The notes under the pieces: generated by a model | Seen by the model: the letters and a program-made list of their open reading frames with translations, nothing else | Database searches by the model: none | What the model was told of the DNA's origin: nothing | Assembly: GCA_040357565.1 (NCBI GenBank) | Contig: JBDODJ010000015.1 | From: Cercozoa sp. M6MM | Lineage: Eukaryota > Protista > Endomyxa: Ascetosporea | Reading direction: 5' to 3' (one strand) | DNA: 64,000 nt | In this document: positions 25,301-38,639 of the stretch, piece after piece | How the letters are laid out: each line of letters starts with the position of its first letter | How positions within the stretch are numbered: position 1 is the first letter of the stretch | Made by a program: the position numbers and the translations under genes

Positions 25301-25762
25301 TTTCGAAGACAGAGAGTTTCGCAACAGCGTCACTGTCGAAGTTCTCGCGTGACGTAATCTCACAACAGTCCGACATAACTTGGACACATGTATCCAAGCA
25401 AGCAATAAGAGCTATCGAGTTCCGATGCAACTCAAATCGCTTCGACTTGCTCAGCACACCTTCCAGTACATCTGAACAATGGGACAGTATTAGCGGCCAC
25501 CTGACAGGAAGATAAAGGAACAGCAGAAAATAAAAATTGTACCACAGCATTCAACGAATGAAGGCCAATTTTGCTCGTGGCGAAGCGAACGGAGTGTCTC
25601 ACAAAGAATTGCGGCGTCGTTGACCCGAAACACACGCTCACGAAGCGCGACGTTTGTAACTTGTCGCACTCGGCGAGAAATGCCGAGGCGGACTGCTGCA
25701 GAGGGATGATCCTGCGACAAATGCCGCTGAAGATCGCTAGGTTTCACGGCAGAGTTTTGCAT
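22360..25762 (-). CDS. Large Leu-rich (probably alpha-helical) hypothetical protein
   Basis: Four long ORFs (24510-25550, 23635-24579, 22901-23563, 22567-22974) join in phase through canonical GT-AG introns; no motif recognised. Confidence 0.7.
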
Positions 25763-26234
25763 CGCCCTTTTCGAGCAAAATCTGTTCGTGTTAGCACGCT
25801 ATCTCCATAAGAATCTCACTTCAAGTTTCGGAAAAACGACAAAAAAACAAAAAAGTGTACAGTAGTTTTCGAGACGCGGCTCTGCTAAATTTACACTGTT
25901 TATACTCCAACTGTTTCTGCAAAACTTTTGATTCAAACGCCGGCTTGCAAATGAACTGGGTTGGTTTTTTTTAAACGCAGTCGAACTGAAGCAGTTTTGA
26001 CTAGAAACGCGAATGCCTTCGGATTTTGCACTTAACTGAAGCTCAACTAGAAGTCATCGATATTGAGGCGGATGATTTGTTAGCATCAAATCTTTGCTTC
26101 TGCTGTACGTCAGTAAGCGCGACTATATATGTCATCAAACGAGGCAATTCAAGTTTTCTCCGCGACTCAAAGCAGTTTTTCTCATGAATCGGTACGTGAG
26201 CCTCTGAACTCAAGACGCTATCATTATACTGAAA

Positions 26235-27919
26235 ATGATGCAGCTCTCGACGGTTCAACTTCAGTGCGAAGTTATCAGAAGCAAGAGCGACAGTATCGAT
26301 GCCGAAAGCAGAGAAAACGATGCGGTTGTTCGAATTCGACTGAATGGCGAACTCCTCGACGAAACAGTCTCATTGGAGGAGCTCTCGCGGCCTCCCTTCA
26401 GCGAAGTACGCTCGCAAATGAAAACATTTTGCACAGTACCCTTTCGGTTGGGATCTATTTATGCGCTCGTACTGTAGAGCCTCCTGGCCCAAGCACTCGT
26501 TGGGGACCGACACGCTCGCACAGTTGAGCTCCAGCGAAGTCAGTTAACTCTGAAGGTTCGTGTGCGTTCGTATGTGCAGTAGCACATAAGCATGTCAGTA
26601 TAAAGAGTGAATGCCACATTGGTAGACGCTAAAGCTGCTGATTCTTCGCATGAAACTTGAGGCTGCGACCAAGGCATCGATGGAACAACGAAGCAGCAAT
26701 GCACTGTTGGAAGAGAGCTTTTTGCGCATTGAGCACCCGGGAAACACCGTGCGAAGACGTCTCAGTCAATTGTGCGAACCATTTTTACTGATACGAGCTG
26801 TATGATATTGCCAACTGGTGCAGACTGGGCAATTCGCTGTCGGAAGAGGACCTTTCCAACTTGCTGCTTTGGCGCGAGCTCGACAATTATCTGCGCCTCC
26901 AGTCAGGGTACACAACTGCAAGATTTCAACTAGATGCCCTTTACATTCCCTCCTGTCAGGGCGGAAGTCGACTTTGCCTCGGTGATTGGTGCTTACTTTT
27001 TGCGAAAGGGCATCGCTCCCACCGCACGCCGCATGGACCTCGGTCCTCCCGATTTGGAGACTGGAAACAACGAAGACCAAATGCGCTTGTTGCTGCCACC
27101 AGCGCCGCGAGTCTTTGGTAAACAAATGATAGTCAACTGCTGAAAGAAAGGACTCAATGTTGCCCAATTTGGCAGACCGATTCACGAAAATGAACATGTC
27201 CTCATGGCGCCGCTCTGTGACTAGTGAACTCGTTGTCGGTAAGCTATCAATGATATCACCGATCAAGGCTACCACATATGTCACTATGTGATAGTGGAAG
27301 AAGCTTTACCTGAAACTCTGCGTCTGCTGAAGGCCGCGACAGTGCTGCAGCAAGATGCGCCAGACGGAGTGGAAGTTCTTCTGCAGAGTGCCTCTCTTTT
27401 TGCTCGGGTACATCTTCAAAAAGACCTGTCATTTCACAACAACAATAACGCCTGACTTGATAGAGGGACGCTCTCAACAAAGTGCGCAGCATTGAAGTTC
27501 GATGCTCCGGCGTAGATCCCACAAGGTGGCTCAGTCTTTTTACTACCAATGGTACCACCAGCACCTGTGTTAACATGTTCCGTGTCATTGCAGACGTGCG
27601 TGCATCACCTTTATTCGAGCACGGTCTCCCGAAACAGAGTAGCGCAACTGGCCTTCACGTCCGGTTAGATAATGAACTGTTGTTTCGTTACGTTCGTTTT
27701 GGGTACACTACTTCGCGCTGCCAGTGTTACGCCGTTGTAAATCCGATACGATACGGCAGGGGTTTCAGTCGAGTCAGGTCATCGCCTCCAGTTCGTTTTA
27801 AGTTTGGCAGTTGCGCGACGATCTTTCATGAGTTCAGACAACACTTGTACTCTACGATTAGCCTCTGGCTACTTCAAGGATCTGACGCTTCGCAAAGCAC
27901 AACAGTATCTGGCACTTGA
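26235..27919 (+). CDS. Hypothetical multi-exon protein
   Basis: Several in-phase GT-AG exons; boundaries approximate; no recognised domain. Confidence 0.45.
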
Positions 27920-28051
27920 ACCACCCTGGTCTGTTTCTGCTCTTGATTTCGTGATTTGCGGGAAAATACGAAAATTAATCTAAATTTAAACTGCTGCGGG
28001 TAACGGGCATCGGCAGAAGCTGAGAGCACTGAACTAGAGCCTTATTGTGAA

Positions 28052-29714
28052 ATGGCGACTTGCTCAAGCTTTTTGCGAGCGGGTGCCGAAAATCAAGCAG
28101 TATCCTGCGAAATGGGCGAAAAAGTCGCGTGGGAACCACGACACGGTTGGAGCTTCGCCACAGGCCCAGGAGTTGCCAGAAGCTTTGCGGCTTTCCTTCG
28201 CGAACGCGGATGGAGCGAGGCAACGAACATAGTTTTCGACCATGCTGAGCAGAGCCTACCAGTGACGGTGCTGTGGCGGACTCCGCGAAACTCACGCGGC
28301 TCTTGGCAACTTGCGCAACAGAACTCGCAACTACTGAACCATTTCGCCGGCAGCGAATGGCTGACCCGAAAGGTAAAACTTCAACGGCACAGTATCACTT
28401 TGTCTTGACTCAATGGGCTTGTTTAGGACTACTTGTTGCGAACGATTCGTGCAGCTCGCGAGAAAAGCAAGCGGCCTCTCAATTTCATGCCTTTGAGTTT
28501 CCTGCTGCCAAGAGAGCGAAATTCGTTGCTCCAGCGACTGCGCAACGGAGCAAAGCAAAGAAACGCTGAGCCTGCTTTCATCGCCAAACCTGCTGCGCTG
28601 GCACGTGGCAGAAAGATCTCGCTCATTCGAACTGCGAACGATATTGAACGTGCAGTTTCTCTCGTTCGAGAGGACGATCAAGAAGACAAAATACAGAGCA
28701 AGAAGCGAAGGCACCGAGTGCTCAGTGACGACAGTCCTTCACGCTCAATGGTTGTGCAAAAGTACGTTTCACGACCTCTCCTCGTTGGAGGTCACAAAGT
28801 CGACTTGCGTCTCTACGTTCTCATCTCGAGCGTCGCTCCACTTCGCGTGTTTCTCCACAAGCGTGGCATTTGTCGCTTTTCTTTGAGAAAATACGAAATA
28901 GAAAGCAAAAGCAGTGCGGAACACGATCTGCTCATGCATCTCACTAACGCATCGTTGCACCGCAAAACTGAAGAATTCGCTGCCGACAAAACTCTGATCG
29001 GAACGGGCTGCAAGTGGACGCTCGAACGCTTTTGGAACTACGTTCGCGAACACGTATTTTAGCTTCCGTTTCTGTTGTTCTCAATGTAAGCAAGCCTGAA
29101 TAAATCGTGTCTCAGAGAGGAGCGGAAGCAGAGACACAGATGAAATTAGAAATTCAGCATTTGGTCGCGCAAACTGTGCTCGCAGCTTTGCCACGGTTGG
29201 CTCCTGCTGACAACGCGTTCGAGCTGTTTGGCTTTGATGTCATGTTCAGGTAAGCACAACGTATCAACTCAAGCTGTTTCTGCCGATTCATTGCTTGCTT
29301 GCACTCAGTGAGGATTCAGAAGCACATCTGTTTGAAGTGAACTGCTCACCAGCGCTCGGATGTAGTGAGTCGGTGGACCGGCAGGTGAAACCAAAACTTG
29401 TGCACGACTTGCTTAGCACAGTTCTAAACCAGGCCGATCATGAGCACGTGCGAAAGCACGCCACGAAAGAGACGCAAGAGCTCGTGTTCTCACCCAACGA
29501 GTTCGAGCCAATTCTACCACTCGCAACAGTGAAAGCGCGAGCGGCAGCCGAAAGCTTCGCGCAACATGTGCAGAAACACCGAGTGCGTCGAGCCACGGGT
29601 GGCTTCTCCTTGCCACACTTGGCCACGACGTCGTTCTTGCGCACTGAGATTTGTCGCGCTGATGCACTGTTTCGCAACTCTGCGAAGAAGCTTCAGTCCA
29701 CGAACTCGGATTAA
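28052..29714 (+). CDS. Tubulin-tyrosine-ligase-like polyglutamylase (TTLL2-like)
   Basis: NHF..LTRKD.L, FIAKP..RGRKI, VVQKYVSRPLLVGGHKVDLRLYVL, HLTN, GCKWTL, FELFGFDVM, EVNCSPAL. Confidence 0.9.
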
Positions 29715-30094
29715 TTGAAAGTGGAACCCGGAAGCTAGATTGTAAAACTATAAATACCTGCCACTGAGTGATTACTGTTCTCTGTGCTATAAGTTTAAAT
29801 TTACCTGCCGCATACGACTGTGTGAATTACAGTAAGTTTACTCGGCCGTAATAGTACTTGAGTTTCACCCTGCAGAGTTGCGTACTCGGCTTGACCTAAG
29901 TTACAGTCGAGCTAAATTTATTTGGCTTTACTTTGCCTGAGATTCGACATACCAGAAACGCAAGCATGTGAAAGCAAAAACGTTGCGCTGTTTTTAAGAA
30001 ACCGAGAAGAAACGCAGTTCCTGAACAAGTTTAACAGACATAGAGCAGTATTAGGCACGCAGGAGAAGACGAAGTGTGCGTATTATTCAGGAGC

Positions 30095-32978
30095 ATGCGT
30101 CTGTTTGGCGTGACACGCACCGTTCAGGTACGCCAAGCAAACAGAACTAACTTCTGTTCATGTTGAAGGTTATTTTACGATGAGCTGTGACTCGAAACAG
30201 ATGGACGTTGTTCTGCGTCACGTGCACTGGAGTGAAAGCACAGCGATAGAAGGAGAGGTGTCTATAGGTTGGACACGTGGACGTCACTCACTGCGTAGGG
30301 CTCTTCCGTTTCTCAAAACAACAACTGTAGAGTATGGTCTTGCAGTCTCAAAGAGCTTTCCTTCGGACTGGCTGCGTTCCAGAGTGGGCGAGACGGATGA
30401 TTTTGAAGACAAAAGACGTCTCAGTCTCGTGTCCAACATGTCTTCTGAAGCGATGGTTTGGGTTTTATCCTGTCGCTGTAAATTACTGTACGGTCATGTA
30501 GATATGGCTTGTTTGTTAGGGCGACATTGGTCTGCAGTGGCACCTGCAGCAATCGATGACAGTCCCCTTTGATCGCAAGCTCGAAAGCAAGGCGCCGAAG
30601 AGCGCGTGCATCACGATCCGCAACTCGGAGCGAATGTTCGCAGCTTCCGAGTTGATTCCGTTGAGAGACTTGGTGCAACTCCTTGGTCCAAAAGTCGGCA
30701 CAGAAAAAGCAGTGCGTCGCAATGTCACATTGAAAGACCTTGACGGGAAGGATACCGTGGCGACGGCGCAGCTCGTGGTGCGTGCCAAGGTACTCAAGAA
30801 ACAGTCGGCAAAGGCACGGTGGATACATGAGGCTTCTGGACCTCCCGAAGTCTTGGACACTCCGCACCAAGATGACCTGGATCTGGGTCACACTGGAGGC
30901 GTTGATTACGACAAGGCACTGGAGACGATTCTGTCCGAAGAGAGCAACGATTCGACCGACTCGGAAAGTGACCTGGACTCGTTGAAATATGGGTCGTTTG
31001 AAAGTAAGATTTACTGTGCCTTACCATTCTTAAACTGCTCGTCTATCATTGTGTCACCTGGACAGCTCTGAACATGAGCAACGAGGCCAGACGCGCGAGT
31101 CGTTCGATGTCGATCTCGCAGGCGCGTCTGTGCGAGCCACTGTCACCAGTGTCCGAAACGCGTATCTCTGAACACACGTCCGACAAGCAAGTGTCCTCTC
31201 CGTTGGCCATCGAACTTGAATTGCACGAAGCAGATTTGCAAGTTGCCGCGTATAATCACTCCGAGTACCTTTCATCCTTAATAGTTTTATCCCCGCGTGC
31301 TGACACTTTGGTACTTGTACACTCAGGGTAAGCAGCGAGTCGCAAAAGGTCGAGCCTCCCGTCGATTGGCACAGCGAAGTCGCCGTGCAGGAGTCGCACA
31401 TGTCACCGATCGGCGAAAACACCGAGTCCTGGAACCTACCCCCTCGTAGGATTTTACCCCTCATACTATATTGCCAATTTTACTCCCGTTTAGCTTCATT
31501 ACTTTTCACCCACATTCTAATTTGGAACAGGAATCGAAAGCAAGAAGGATAAGGTCCCTCTCGCTCAACCGCAGCCACGTCGGCTTGCTGATGTGGTATC
31601 CCTTTAATTTTCATCCTCTCACCGTTTACCCTCCCCGTTTACCTCCCCGTTAACTCTTCCCCAGACTGCGATATTCGGACGTGTGCGTCGACGCAGCGAT
31701 CTGCGTGTGCCGCCACCATCGATGGCGAGCGAAGTGACGGCATCTTTGCCTACTAACATACAGAGTCCGCGCTCGTACCCACCTTCGCGAAGGGTATACT
31801 CCTTGATGACACATCCTTCCACTTGAGTTTCTCAAATCACTTGAGCAGTCGGGCAACTCGTGTTCGGTGATGTCGGTGCCTGTACATTTGAAGACTTCGC
31901 CCACTTCCGCATCATCTGAGTCGTATCTTCACTACTTGTCTGCGGACAGGTAGTTCCTCATACCTGGCACTGACAGGAGTATCGATGTGTCGACTGACTT
32001 CACAAGTACTAGTGACTCGGAAGACATGACACGGATGTCCTCGCACGACCTAGCTGAACAAGTGGAGTCGCTGCTCGAGGCCACAGAAGTTGACCAAGTA
32101 GTTCAGACGCAGACTGATCGGGTGAGTCAGCTGTTTCTTGATCTAATTTCGAAATTAACTTTTGGTGCAGGTTGGCGTCAACACGATCAGCGTGCAAACA
32201 GTGGAGCCTTGGGGCATTGCTCGTACATCTCTTGTTGAAGTTGTTTGTCTCTGATTAGATGTGGTTGTGTCTCTATGAGTAGCCGACATCGCAGAATCGG
32301 TCGACTCAGACTTTGTTCCTGTAGGCCTTTAATATAACCTTCAACTTGCTTGTGGAACTGACTGCTCTGAGTAGAAACACGAGCCGAAACAAGTGCGCTT
32401 CTTGGAGGATTCAGGGCGTTCGACACAAGGACTGTTGTCGCACGCTCAAATTGGAGAACCTCATGTTTCTGTCAAACCACGGCGACTCCCGATACTCGAG
32501 GAAGCGCCTCCGAGTCACTGGAAGCCTCGATCGAAACGACGCGTACATACAGTTTGTTGTTTGGGGTCTACACTCTCCATACCCACGTCCACCTATTGTA
32601 GATGTCGAATCCATGCCCATCAACGTTCGAACGACTCAAGGCACTTCGTCGCTGGCGCAAGGGCTCGCCCGTTGGAGTCGAGCAGCTCATGCCCAAGACG
32701 TGAGTTTTCTGTGGATTGTTTCCTTTGTAGATCTGTGCTTCTTAAATATGTGCCATTCCTGTAGTTTACCGCCGAAACCGAAGAAGAAACAGGCAGTCGA
32801 GTCGCTTCTGCGACCAGATTTAAAGGCGCTTCTCGATGCTCTCGACAACGTAGAGGATTCGAGTGAATGTGAACTGACGATTCCGCGCTTCAGAAAGATG
32901 TCCGAGTCAGATTTTGTTGACACCTACGCGGTACGACGACGCAATGAACATCTTTGCGTGCCTTTGATGCAGAAATGA
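30095..32978 (+). CDS. Hypothetical protein with a possible N-terminal NT-C2 (EEIG1/EHBP1-like) domain and a low-complexity Ser/Pro-rich body
   Basis: Multi-exon model; beta-rich N-terminus (VSIGWTRG...LIPLRDLVQ) resembles NT-C2 (inference); boundaries tentative. Confidence 0.5.
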
Positions 32979-33091
32979 CCGACGCTAACAGTACTCTGCT
33001 CCGTTCCTTTATTAAATTAACGTGACAGTGAGAAACCACTCCGTTCGACCTCAGTGAGCTTCAGGCTTTCAGTGTGATGGATAATTTAGTT

Positions 33092-34680
33092 TTAACGTTG
33101 ACCCGAAGAAGCAGCTCCCTCGGCATATGATTTTACCAACGGGTAGAAATCAACGTGATGTCGCAACCACATTTCGCGTTCCTCCGCATCAAGTTGTTGT
33201 TGTGCGTGAGCGTGCAGTGCGTCGTACCACGCACGCGCCGATTCCAGGTCGAAGCTATTGCCGCTGAGTTGTAGCTGAAGCTCGTAACCTGTGGATTCAC
33301 CTTCGCTTTGGATGTGCTGCCACACTCGGCAGAGTCCCACCAGCGCCTGTGACGGAAGTGCACAGTTTTGCAGTCGCAAATCGGTAAGTGACTTGCACTG
33401 CAAGAGTATTCTGCCCAACGGTCGCGTTGATCTAGACCCGAGGAGTTCGTTGCCCGAAAGGTCAAGCTCCTCTAGATATCTCTGCCCTGTGAGAAAACGA
33501 CTCAACCACTCACATCCGTCTGAACCAATGCGATTGCCTTTTACTACCCAGAACAACCGTGGTGTCTCTTGGCTCATCAAAGATCTAAATTGGAGGGGAC
33601 ATAGTACAACTGAGTGACGAGAGCGAGCTGGTCGAAGACTCAAGAACTACAGGATCGCTAGCTTCGCCTGTTTCCCCAAGTGCACTTTTCGACTGCTTGA
33701 GTCTAGCTTCTGCCGATAACTTTGCCAGCAGTTCGCAGCACTGGTCGTCGAAACCGAAGAAGTTCAGCGATAGTTGTTGCACACCATGCAGTGTAAAGCT
33801 CGGCGACGACTTCAAACGTTCCGTCGCTTTCGGTTTATCTGCTGCCCGAGAGGGCCACAGGCCTTTTGCAATGTGATGGACGACTTCTTTCACGTCTTCG
33901 CTTTGTATCAGCGGTCTGTCGAGGTTTAAGCTTGTGATTCTCGCTTGCTTTTGCACTGCAGTGAGTATTGAGACAACTCCGCGCATTCCAAGACTGCAAC
34001 AACCCATGTCTAGAAAGGTCAATGGCGCGCCACTTCGAATCGCATCTCCAATGCATTCTGCCCTACAAAAATTGTCGAGAAATAGTGTTACTGCTGCGGT
34101 TTTTCCCAAATAAAAGGTTTACCCTTCGTCACCAATCTGAACGTTCGCTCTCAAGCTTAAACTCGTCACTTGAGATTGAGGCAGGGCATGCGCCAACTCC
34201 CGAACGGCAACTGCATTGAAGTTGTTCCCATCGAGGAGCAGACTGCGAATCTTTGGCGTTGCGAGACTGCGAAGCTCAAAGCGGTCAGAAACTTCGTGCC
34301 AAGATGCTGATTCCGGAAGTCCAGCACCCTGAAGGGGCTCAGTTCGTTTTGCAAAGCCATAGCGATTGCGATTCCTGAATCACAAGAAAAATGACAGCAA
34401 CATGATAGAAACTCGCAGGTCACACGATTTTGTTTCGTCCAAGATTACCGAGCGTTTCAGACAAAGCAAAGCTTGACTTCGGTCCCTCGGACGTGTCAAC
34501 TTCTAGGTTTAAGCTTAAAATTGTCGTCTTTTCCGGGTGCAAGCGCAACCGTTCAATCACGCGCTGATCAGCAGGGGAAAGCTCAAGCATTTCCCCTTTG
34601 CTCAGCTCTCTCCGTTTTTGTAGCACGACATCAGAAAACGTCTCGGAAGTAAAGCTCCCAGGAATTGTCGTGTTAGACAT
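33092..34680 (-). CDS. RI-like leucine-rich repeat protein with one apparent frameshift near 34258
   Basis: Repeats FRVLDFRNQHLG, IRSLLLDGNNF, VTSLSLRAN, LTFLDMGCCSLG, LEELDLSGN, LTDLRLQNC. Confidence 0.8.
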
Positions 34681-34882
34681 TGGACACTGCTGGCAAAGCT
34701 GTCTTCAGTTTCCGCAAGGACGCGTCTAGCTTCCTTAGGGAACGCGTGGTTTTGAATTTTAGTATTTCTACTGGTCCGCGCGGTGGCGAAGGTGCGTGAC
34801 ATTACTCCCCCCAGACTCCACCACACACGGGCCAGGCGTTCAAGTAGAAGAAGATAATGTCAAAGTCGTTGAAACTGTATCT

Positions 34883-36353
34883 ATGATGTCAGCTCCAGGC
34901 GAGTGCGCGAGCACTACGCAGACAAAAAGCCGCGAAATGAAGCTTCAGATCCGACCAAGACAGCAGAACGACGTCGCAAAGACTGTCGTCACTTCTTGTA
35001 GTTTAAAGCCGAAGCTGCCCCAAAATTCACCGAAGAATGAAAAAAGCGAACGCATACCGAAAGAGGTACACCTCGAACTCGGTAAGTCGCGATCGCTGGC
35101 ATTCTGCTTCCCATTTCCTTGGGTTTGTGATCTTCCGATCTCAGAGTCTTGTAACGCCAATACGGTGCGACAGGCTGCTTTTTGCACTGGAAAGCTCGCC
35201 GAGTCGCGAGAACAAGCGCTCCGACTGAAAGTATCTGAACTCGAGGCTGAAAAAAGGTCGCTCCAGTACCTGTCGGCAAAGTTGCAACGAAAAATCGCTT
35301 CCTCAAACACGAACACCGAGGCCTCAGAAGCTTCGCATGCGCAGTTTCTCTCTTCGATCGACATTCTACAGTCCAACTTAGACAGTGCCATCCGAGATGG
35401 TGCAGAGTACTCTGCGGAAATTTCGAAACTGGTATCAGTCCACTGCGTTTACGGGCAACGCGAGTGTCACTTTGTTTTCCAAACTGCAGAAAAGCGAAAG
35501 AGAAGTTTCAAAAAAAGAGCTGTATGATTCTCGTCGCGTTATTGCAAAGCAACGTCAGCAGCTGCGTGAGCTTTCAAAGAAACTTCGCGAGTGCGAATCG
35601 TCGCTCACAACGGCTTCTGAAACGCTTGAAAGCCGCATGTACAAACTCAAAACAGCAAAGCTGCAACACTCGATGCTCAAGCAAACGCTTCAACGAGAAA
35701 GAACGGCACATGCACAATGGACAAGCATAATCAACTCTGCGCTGCAACAGTCCCTAGAAAAGCAGGCTTCGCTCACGAAAGAACTGCAAGAAATACGACT
35801 GGCCAATCAGAGCACCAGGACGGAAAAGGCTCTGCGTGCTGATGTGGAAAGGTGTCGTGCGCAGAAGTGTCACCTAGAAACCAAGATCCAAGAGCTTATG
35901 GCGCGGTGTCAAATGCTCAAAAACGACAACAGGAGACTCATGGACGAAACAGAGGCCAACGCAAAAGTGTCTGGGTCGAGCTGCGAACCCCCAACTCCAC
36001 GGATTCGATTGACCAAGGCACAACCGCACTCAAACGACATGGAGTCAAAAAATGCCCAGTTTCGAATAAAGACCGTCAAATCGCTTCCGCTTCGTCGAAT
36101 GTATCACACTGCTGAGGTTCAAACAAAGAACTTCGGCGTCACCTCCTGTCAAACGAAGCAGCTTCAAATGATGCACTCGCAAGTCGAGCGATTGTCGGCT
36201 GCTTTAAGTCGAGCTTCGTCCCGAGAACAGCAAATGCGCGCTCACATGATCGACATGGGGCGCCAGTTGGATAAAATGCGATTGCGGATACAAAAGCGAG
36301 GCGACTATGCTCATGAGGGACCGTGCTCCGACCCAACTACCTTGTCACTATAA
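34883..36353 (+). CDS. Coiled-coil protein
   Basis: Long heptad-rich E/K/Q/L ORFs (34796-35527, 35385-36353) that appear to be joined by an intron; start tentative. Confidence 0.7.
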
Positions 36354-36553
36354 TTGTAATCTAACGCACTGACGCCACGTTAAACAATAAAGTGAGCTCG
36401 AATTAGTGGCTTGTAGCTCTAAATTTAGTCGACATCAATGTCGTTTCGGTACCGCTGCGTGAAGTTAGAGCTGCAAGCCTCAATTCTAGCACAATTTAAC
36501 AGCATTCTGCTTGTAGTTGCCTTCCAGTAAAATAACGTATCCTACTGTTTGGT

Positions 36554-37795
36554 TCAGGCTGAGTTCCCTTGCGAGTTGGCTGGGGTCACGTCAGAGCACT
36601 CTCTGGTCATGCTGGAGTACTCTCGTGCCTTACTGAGCACCTGCTCGCGGAAGGCCTCTGCGTGTTTTCCCTTCTTGCCAGGACACCTGCCTACGCCCTC
36701 GCGAAGCAAGTCATGGCGGCTTCGGCGGTTCTTGTGGCCAAACGGACCAACGAGGTCGCGCAAGCCTCGTTGCCACCTGGGAGAACACAAAATTAAAGCG
36801 CATTGGCGAAGAGACGGAGTGAGGTCAGGCGTACACAAGCGCATCTTCTTTGCTGTGCGCAACTAGCAACAAGGCGCATGAGTCCACGTCCTTTTTCCTG
36901 TAATATACGCCTGCTAAAGTACTCAAAGCACCGTCAGGAGTTTGCATACGTGGCTCCTGGGCAGATAACAGCGTGCGGTCCAAGCAACTTGCGCGCCTTC
37001 CGCGCGGCTGACCCCTCAAACCGGATCAACAAGTTGTAGCCAAGTTCAACGTCCTCATGAGCGGCAGTCTGCAGCAGGCCTGTGTCACTGGTGTGTTGCC
37101 CAAGACAGGTAGTCATGGCAATCGGAGGCACCCACTACCTGAAATTCAGAAAGAGAAAGTGAGTTCCACAAATGTACAGTACCTCGATTGATGAAGCAAG
37201 AGAAATTGGAGCGCTTCCGATGCCGAATTGGATACGCGAGGCCGAAGGGTCCAATTGGAGCAGAACACGGACAAAGTAGAAGTGCTCTTTGATGTTTGAA
37301 TGCACGTAGCCACCGAAGCGATTGTTAGCTTTGCCGCAGTGGAGAGCAGGAGTTAGCAAGAAGAACTTGCTTCCAATAATCGAGACAAGTGCAAAGTGCA
37401 AGCGAGCACGTGAGTCGAGATCAGGCGGAACTTTTTCAACTACAATACTGGACAAAGGCACTATGTTGCCGCGACCTTCGGCGTCATTGTGGCTGTCAGT
37501 GCTCACAGTGACGGAAATGCTGCGTGACACTGTCGGAGTGCCTTCTCTAGAGGCACACTTATGCAACGCGCGACGAAACAATGATTCGTTGGTTTCGACC
37601 TTGCTTTCACTTTGCGTGCCTATCAGGAACGACACAATCCCAAAACAGTGTTCTAAGCAGGCAAGTAAATTCAATACGGGTGTCATTTAAGAAGGGCGGC
37701 ATTGACACTACTGTGTCCACTTCCACATCTGCCGTATCCTTCGAGATGGGAACGTATTGTGCTCGCTTCCACTGGGCGTCGGTCATTGCAGGCAC
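36554..37795 (-). CDS. Hypothetical protein, possibly a divergent GT2-type glycosyltransferase
   Basis: Spliced frame contains DLD..AHEDVELGY..QQRR/WQRG, resembling D,D,D,QxxRW; the last motif needs a non-canonical donor (see findings). Confidence 0.4.
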
Positions 37796-38639
37796 TCGTT
37801 TATCCTGTCAGCAAAACTGACTACAGTACAGCTCACTCAGTACCTGAAACTGACTAGGAGTACCTGAGAGTCGACTAGACGACCGACGAATGCAAGACCG
37901 CCGGGAACCGCATCGTGGCTTTGTGTGTCTTTCAGGTGTGATAGCATCTAGCTGCGTCAGCACTTTCTGGCGTTTCGGCTGCGATTTATGTAAACTACTG
38001 CCACAGAATCATGTCGGCAGTACCCATCCGACAGCACTTTCGGACTTCGACTATCAAGGAGAATGGGTGCTTGCAACATGAGGTTCTTTTATGCGCCATT
38101 GTCTCAAGACACTGAAGCGCGATGTTTTGCCTCATTACAGTTTCATCCGATCGCGAACAGCTTGCATTTTGCGCAAGTTTTATTCCTTAATGGAAATCTA
38201 AATTTAGATACACTGTGCAACAGAGTCGGGGTACTGTCGTGTACAGTACTCTTTGTGCCTTCGCGGACTGAACTCGAACATGTAGTTTAAAAATTGTGCT
38301 CGACTACCGAACATGTTTGCTAGTCGGAAAGAAACGCCATGCGTGTCAGTTTAGTTGTTCACATTCTTAGAGAAACGCGAAATCTGAAGTCTGAGCGAAA
38401 CGCACAAGACTAGCTAAAACCAGGGGCGAAACCGAGTAGTAACGCTCAAACTCGGCAGGAAACGCCAAAACCCTGGGGAAACGCAGGATATGCGGGCAAC
38501 GTGCCGTTCACAGCTCACCTTAGCTTTGTTTTGCGATTTAAAGCAAGTGCTACTGTATCCGCAACAAGGAGAGTCAAGCTCCTCAGGCAAGAACACCACA
38601 CGAACCAAAGTTGACTGAACAAGAGACAAACTGAAGATC

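Noticed and set aside
25850-38250. Recurrent TACAGTA motif in intergenic DNA as a promoter element
   Set aside because: It also occurs in introns (about 6290 and 53200); too short and too few copies to support without statistics
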